A stretch of DNA of 64,000 nt from Thermoplasmatota archaeon (lineage in GTDB: Archaea > Thermoplasmatota > Penumbrarchaeia > Penumbrarchaeales > Penumbrarchaeaceae): contig JAFGLL010000121.1 in NCBI GenBank assembly GCA_016928095.1, positions 3,266 to 67,265 of the forward strand, given 5' to 3'. This document shows positions 59,164 to 64,000 of this stretch, piece by piece. Both the position numbers and the translations under genes were made by a program. The notes beneath the pieces are model-generated. The model made no database searches, had not been told where the DNA came from, and saw only the letters and a program-made list of their open reading frames with translations. Each line of letters begins with the position of its first letter. The stretch's first letter is position 1.

Positions 59164-60681
59164 TTAACAGAAAGATAGGTCGGACCGGTCCTTTTGAACC
59201 TCAAGATGTTCCTTTACAAACCGGTAAAGGTAGAACGAGCCGGTTGCGAGACCTATCTTGTCATCATACACCAGGTCGAGCCATTGGTCCACCGCTGTTC
59301 CGATATCCGGTCGAATGTGGACCTCCTCACTATCCAGACCTGACCTGACCACACCGTTCAAGAGGTCTTCCGGAGGCATCGCTCTGTCGTACGGCATGGT
59401 GGTCAGTATGATGGAAGCCACTTCGACCTTGAGGTTCCTCAGGAATCCCGCCACCTCCTTGTCCCCCATCATGGCCATCAGCAGGACGACCTTCCTTTCC
59501 GGATGGATGGAGCGAAGGGCTGACCCGATCGATCTCGCTGCTTCGATGTTGTGTCCTCCATCTACAAAGAGCTCCCGGCCATCATGCCGGAAAACCTCCA
59601 TCCTGCCGGGGATGGACACTTTCTTTAGACCGGTCTGCACCATCTCTCTCAGGTTGGCCGATGGATATTCCTTGACAACCCCCTCGATGCCGCCGGATAT
59701 GAAACTGGAGATGACCCCTGCATCCCCCTCTCGAAGCCTGGAATGATACAGTGCAAAGGGCAGAACAAGCAGGGACAGGCAGATACCGATGGCCATGTTG
59801 TATGCCTGATGGACTCCAACCAATGGCAACTCATAATCATGTCGTAGCACCTCATCGATGAGAGCGAACTTGGGTTCCTTCTGTCCGCCACGGGCAAACC
59901 CTGCCACATCCAGGGTAGCCCTAGTACCCGATGGACCGATCTGCGGATCGACCGATACGATCCTCCAGTCAGGAACCCTGTAAGAGGACAGCAGTTCCTT
60001 CTTCCTTTCCACATCTGCCTTCTTGGACACGAGAATGACAGGGCAGCCATTTTGTGTGCAACGGTCAAGTATCGTGCGGAGACACCTTTCTCCTTCTTGC
60101 AGATGGTTGCACACCTCTCCCACGACCACGGGAGTGGATGTCTTGATCACCCCGCATTTCTCCGAAGTTATCGACACCGGATCATAGCCCAGATGTTCCA
60201 TATGGTCCATGGAAATGCTCGTTATTGCTATCGCCTGTGGTTCCAGAACGTTGGTTGCATCCAGCCTGCCCCCCATCCCCACCTCGCTGATATTTATATC
60301 GACCTTGATCTCTTCCATTACAAGATAGGAAGCGGCCGTGAGCAGCTCGAAATATGTGAGTTCCTCTCGCATTCCGACGGCAAGGACCCTTGACATGGCC
60401 CGTCCCAGCGTCTCCCTGTCTATGTCCTTCTTGTCTATCCTGAGCCTTTCCAGTACGCTGATCAGATGAGGGCTGGTATACATTCCGGTCCTGAGAGGGA
60501 ACTCGCCCAGTATCGCTTCGACTATCACAGAGGTCGACCCTTTTCCGTTGGTCCCCCCTATATGTACTGAGGGAATGGAAAGGTGCGGGTCCTTCAAGGA
60601 CCGCATGATCTTTTCCATTCTCTCAAGCCCGGGGTCGATATTGAACATCCCCCTTGTCTCGAGGTATTCGAAGGGGTCCAT
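59164..60681 (-). CDS. folC: folylpolyglutamate/dihydrofolate synthase
   Basis: HIGGTNGKGS, YTSPHL, TYFE, EVGMGGRLDATN, DHMEHLG, PGRME, DGGHN, GSFYL. Confidence 0.95.
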   Translation of the reverse strand: MDPFEYLETRGMFNIDPGLERMEKIMRSLKDPHLSIPSVHIGGTNGKGSTSVIVEAILGEFPLRTGMYTSPHLISVLERLRIDKKDIDRETLGRAMSRVLAVGMREELTYFELLTAASYLVMEEIKVDINISEVGMGGRLDATNVLEPQAIAITSISMDHMEHLGYDPVSITSEKCGVIKTSTPVVVGEVCNHLQEGERCLRTILDRCTQNGCPVILVSKKADVERKKELLSSYRVPDWRIVSVDPQIGPSGTRATLDVAGFARGGQKEPKFALIDEVLRHDYELPLVGVHQAYNMAIGICLSLLVLPFALYHSRLREGDAGVISSFISGGIEGVVKEYPSANLREMVQTGLKKVSIPGRMEVFRHDGRELFVDGGHNIEAARSIGSALRSIHPERKVVLLMAMMGDKEVAGFLRNLKVEVASIILTTMPYDRAMPPEDLLNGVVRSGLDSEEVHIRPDIGTAVDQWLDLVYDDKIGLATGSFYLYRFVKEHLEVQKDRSDLSFC

Positions 60682-60759
60682 GGAAAACGAATCACAACCG
60701 CCTATTTAACCTGGATACACCGCGAAACGGTAAAATCCACCCAGTCGTATAAGGGAGCC

Positions 60760-61248
60760 ATGAAGGAATTGACGGTCAAGCACAGATCCCGGTTGAGGGT
60801 CAAGGATTCCAGGAAGGTCCAGGCCTGGATAGATGAGGAATGGGGCATTGCCGGACCAGAGGACCTCGACCTTGAGTCCTGCACCCTTGATGGTAAGCGG
60901 TCGTATATCCTGGACGGACAGGTGATCGGTATGGAGGAGGGACCCGGGTTCCTGTTGACGCTCAAGGGCATCCTGCGTCTGAAACCCTCGAAGAGATGGG
61001 TCACCGTCGACATGGGAGCCGTGAAGTATCTGGCCAATGGCGCCGATGTCATGGCCCCGGGGATCAATGATGCCGATCCCGGGATCGAGATCGGGGACCT
61101 GGTATGGGTCAGGGACGAGAGGAACCTCAGACCTCTTAGCGTGGGTCGTGCGCTGATGGCCGGGAAAATGATGGGGCCCGCCGTGTCCGGTAAGGCGGTC
61201 AAGACCATCCATTATGTTGGAGATCCAATTTGGAACACCTCAGTGTAA
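60760..61248 (+). CDS. PUA-domain RNA-binding protein (Tma20/MCT-1-like)
   Basis: VTVDMGAVKYLANGADVMAPGI, GKAVKTIHYVGD. ATG at 60760. Confidence 0.92.
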   Translation: MKELTVKHRSRLRVKDSRKVQAWIDEEWGIAGPEDLDLESCTLDGKRSYILDGQVIGMEEGPGFLLTLKGILRLKPSKRWVTVDMGAVKYLANGADVMAPGINDADPGIEIGDLVWVRDERNLRPLSVGRALMAGKMMGPAVSGKAVKTIHYVGDPIWNTSV

Positions 61249-61356
61249 GGAGGGGTAAAAGGTGGGAGGGATCGTCCGACCAAAATATTAATGACCTTCG
61301 CCCCTTATCTCAACCCAAAGAAAGATCCCCGTAATGGATCCCACGGAGGTAAAAGA

Positions 61357-62628
61357 ATGACGGTGCCACATTATGAGAACCTTTTCAGTAACAGAGCCAA
61401 CAAGATGAAAGCATCTGTGATCAGAGAGCTGTTGAAACTGACCCAGAAACCGGACATCATCTCGTTCGCCGGCGGCCTCCCCAATCCCCTGGCCTTTCCG
61501 GTCGAGAAGGTAGAGGAGATCATCTGTGATCTTCTCAAGGACGAGCCGACCAAGGCTCTTCAATATGGCTCCACCGAAGGAGTGACGGAGCTTAGGAACC
61601 AGATCGCCCAGAGGATGAAGAAGATATGGAACATCGACGGTGATGCGGAGAATGTCCTGATAACGACCGGATCACAACAGGGCCTGGACCTTCTGGGAAG
61701 ACTGTTCATAGGGTCGGCTTCGACCATCGTGATGGAAGCCCCTACTTATCTGGGCGCACTCAATGCGTTCAATGTTTACAGTCCTCAGATCGTATCGATA
61801 CCCCTTGATGATGATGGGATCAAGGTGGATCTCCTCCGTGACTATCTCATGAACGCTGTGAAGCACAATATCTACATCAAGTTCCTCTATACCATACCCA
61901 CTTTCCACAACCCCGCCGGTGTGTGTATGTCACTGTCCCGGAGGAAGAAGATAATAGACCTCGCTCACGAGTTCGACCTTGTTGTCATCGAGGACGATCC
62001 ATATGGTGAACTGAGATACACAGGAGAAACGCTACCCCCCCTCAAATCGCTGGATGACGGGGACCGTGTGATCTATCTTGGAACGTTCTCGAAAACGCTG
62101 GTTCCCGGTTTCAGGATAGCCTGGACATACGGTCCGAAGACCGTGATAGACAAGATGGTCATTGCCAAACAGGCGGTCGACCTCTGCACACCGCCGTTCA
62201 CCCAGTATGTGGCGAAGGAATATCTCAAGAGGGGATACATCGACCAGCATCTCACGAAGATCATATCCCTCTACGGAAAGAAACAGAGCATCATGACCAA
62301 GGCAATGAACGAGTACATGCCCCGGGAATACATCAGGTGGCCTGTACCCGAGGGTGGTATGTTCCTGTGGGCAACACTGAACGAGAACATCAACACCACA
62401 GATATGTTCAATGATGCATTGGCACAGAATGTGGCCTACGTCATAGGAAGTGCGTTCTTCGCGGACGGGTCGGGCACGAACTGCATGAGGCTCAATTTCA
62501 CCCACCCCACGGACGATCGAATAGTGGAGGGGGTCAAGAGGCTCTCGAATGTCGTTGAGAATTGGGGGAAGGCCAAGGCGACCGAGACGGCCGCTCCCAG
62601 GGAGCAGGAACTGATCACCGGTGTATGA
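61357..62628 (+). CDS. PLP-dependent class I aminotransferase (aromatic/2-aminoadipate type)
   Basis: ISFAGGLP, LQYG, FHNPAG, EDDPYGEL, GTFSKTLVPGFRIAW, MRLNF. ATG 61357 follows GGAGGT. Confidence 0.95.
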   Translation: MTVPHYENLFSNRANKMKASVIRELLKLTQKPDIISFAGGLPNPLAFPVEKVEEIICDLLKDEPTKALQYGSTEGVTELRNQIAQRMKKIWNIDGDAENVLITTGSQQGLDLLGRLFIGSASTIVMEAPTYLGALNAFNVYSPQIVSIPLDDDGIKVDLLRDYLMNAVKHNIYIKFLYTIPTFHNPAGVCMSLSRRKKIIDLAHEFDLVVIEDDPYGELRYTGETLPPLKSLDDGDRVIYLGTFSKTLVPGFRIAWTYGPKTVIDKMVIAKQAVDLCTPPFTQYVAKEYLKRGYIDQHLTKIISLYGKKQSIMTKAMNEYMPREYIRWPVPEGGMFLWATLNENINTTDMFNDALAQNVAYVIGSAFFADGSGTNCMRLNFTHPTDDRIVEGVKRLSNVVENWGKAKATETAAPREQELITGV

Positions 62629-62779
62629 GCTCTGACCTTAAAAAAAGAGATCCAATGACCTGATCACTATATTCCATGAAAAGCAGTGGATAATGTCCGT
62701 TCGGTAGTGTGGCGATGGTGGAAATATTAAAGTCCCCCTGCACTTTATCATCAAGCATCGAACAGGGGGAATAACAGGA

Positions 62780-63142
62780 ATGCCATCCGAAACGGTCATC
62801 AATGAGGATGGGTCCATCTCGGGTATTCACCAGGAGCAAAGAGGGAGCGTTCCGGCCCTGATCGCCTTGTACATTTCCGTCATCTCTTTCATCCTCTGGG
62901 CAATATATGTCCCCTTCACTTTCCATGAGATCGTCTCCCTGGCGTGCCTGGTTGCCGTCCTACCGGTTTGCTTCGTTCTTATAGTCATCTCCTTCATCCT
63001 CTCTCTGGTATCACTGCGTCTCGGTGCCGGAAAGCGGAGGGACAAGGCAATAATTGCCCTGGTCCTATCGATCGTCCAGGTGCTGATATGGATAGGGTGG
63101 GTAATATTCGGTACCATGTGGAATACCGGCATGCTGGAATGA
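62780..63142 (+). CDS. small membrane protein (3 TM)
   Basis: Three hydrophobic helices and a GGGGGA SD. Confidence 0.7.
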   Translation: MPSETVINEDGSISGIHQEQRGSVPALIALYISVISFILWAIYVPFTFHEIVSLACLVAVLPVCFVLIVISFILSLVSLRLGAGKRRDKAIIALVLSIVQVLIWIGWVIFGTMWNTGMLE

Positions 63143-63252
63143 GCACATCGGTTCCTTCCGTTGTATACCTTCCACAGCTTGGGGATAGCAAAGATAATAT
63201 GTTCAAGACCGTATTAATGCCCTGAAATTCAAAAAGATCAGGGGGTGTTGAT

Positions 63253-63861
63253 CTGCCAAAGAAGGAAAATAAGAGCAATGACGAGGATGAAGAGGCGGTC
63301 CTAAAGGAAAAGAAGTCCGCCAAGAAGAAAAAGGCAAAGAAGGTGGATGAGGAACGGATCGAAGAGAAAGAGGATGAAGAGGAAGAACCGGAGGAGGAAG
63401 AGGAAGAGGAAGAGGAAGAACCGGAAGAGGGCGAGGAGGAGGAAGAGGAGGAAGAGAAGCCGAAGAAGAAACCCCGGAAGGTCCCGAAGCCTCCAGAAGA
63501 AAAGGAGGAAGAAGAGATGGAAGCCCCCAATGCAGGAAAGGAAAAGCAATCCGCCGGGCTGGTCAAGTTCGGGATAATATGCGGGATATTCGGAGTCGCC
63601 GTCCTCCTGTTGAGAATAATACTTGATGTATTCAACTGGATAATACCCGGTGTTGCATGTCTTAGTTGCCTGCTTTGGCCGGTGTTCGCCCTCGGTGTCC
63701 TGGCTGCAATAGCCGCGATCGTTCTGGGAATAATCGGATTGGTTACCAGTGACGGAGGGGACAAGAAGAAGGCCTTTACAGCGATCGGTCTGGGTGTAGG
63801 TTACATAGTGCTCGGCATAGTTTGGGCCGTACTGTCTTTCATAATCGCTTGGTTGATATGA
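63253..63861 (+). CDS. membrane protein with highly charged (K/E) N-terminus and 3 TM; probable CTG start
   Basis: Frame is open from the stop at 63223-63225. GGGGGTG SD lies 5 nt before CTG 63253. The next candidate start is GTG 63343. Confidence 0.7.
   Translation: MPKKENKSNDEDEEAVLKEKKSAKKKKAKKVDEERIEEKEDEEEEPEEEEEEEEEEPEEGEEEEEEEEKPKKKPRKVPKPPEEKEEEEMEAPNAGKEKQSAGLVKFGIICGIFGVAVLLLRIILDVFNWIIPGVACLSCLLWPVFALGVLAAIAAIVLGIIGLVTSDGGDKKKAFTAIGLGVGYIVLGIVWAVLSFIIAWLI
63346..63470 (+). repeat. low-complexity GAA/GAG tract encoding poly-Glu
   Basis: EEEEPEEEEEEEEEEPEEGEEEEEEEEK, including two copies of GAGGAAGAACCGGA. Confidence 0.8.
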
Positions 63862-63866
63862 TCCGT

Positions 63867-63904
63867 AAGATAAGCCCGGCCATGTCCGGGCATCTTCTTT
63901 TTTT
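63867..63904 (+). terminator. hairpin + T-tract
   Basis: AAGAT-AA-GCCCGG-CCATGT-CCGGGC-ATCTT then CTTTTTTT. Confidence 0.7.
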
Positions 63905-63911
63905 GAAAATA

Positions 63912-63919
63912 TTTATAAA
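63912..63919 (+). promoter_or_regulatory. TATA box for the aIF-5A gene
   Basis: GAAAATA followed by TTTATAAA, 43 nt before ATG 63962. Confidence 0.7.
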
Positions 63920-63961
63920 GCAATTCCAATTATCCACGTTTAAGTCTACTGGGGGTCAAAT

Positions 63962-64000
63962 ATGTCCTGGACCATGCAACAGGTAAGGGAACTCAAGGTC
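63962..64000 (+). CDS. eif5a: translation factor aIF-5A, N-terminus only (3'-truncated)
   Basis: MSWTMQQVRELKV matches my recollection of the Thermoplasmata aIF-5A start. GGGGGT SD. Only 13 codons are visible. Confidence 0.65.
   Translation, partial: MSWTMQQVRELKV

Noticed and set aside
62733-62770. TCCCCCTG/CAGGGGGA inverted repeat covering an SD
   Set aside because: The 5' arm lies directly after the TATA-like element and is probably not transcribed. It is short and of low complexity.
1-64000. CRISPR arrays, tRNA/rRNA, transposases, integrases, inteins
   Set aside because: None recognised by eye. tRNAscan/Rfam/CRISPR tools were not run, so small RNAs could have been missed.

Overview
Archaeal chromosomal segment, most likely from an uncultured Thermoplasmatota lineage (inferred from TBP, Rpp21, uL11-uL1-uL10/P0-P1, XPD, a PurP-like ligase and an aIF-5A N-terminus of Thermoplasmata type). 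About 50 genes. Housekeeping functions include folD, folC, nnrDE, hppA, a bacterial-type thiolase-hbd-crt operon, an aminotransferase, an ABC exporter and a type IV pilus (Tad-like) locus. Six giant single-pass surface proteins occupy about a third of the window. I saw no tRNA, rRNA, CRISPR array or mobile element. The top lead is a stand-alone 279-aa protein directly downstream of TBP that resembles, along most of its length, the eukaryotic alpha-adaptin/coatomer 'ear' (beta-sandwich + platform). Other leads are a highly divergent tubulin/FtsZ-family GTPase, a membrane pyrophosphatase fused to an extracellular Ig-like domain, a degenerate multidomain KaiC-like ATPase, a radical SAM coupled to a PP-loop-less THUMP protein, a uL1 autoregulatory RNA fold, an unannotated 43-aa ORF behind a hairpin, and a probable CTG start. 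All homology calls come from motif recognition by eye, not database searches.
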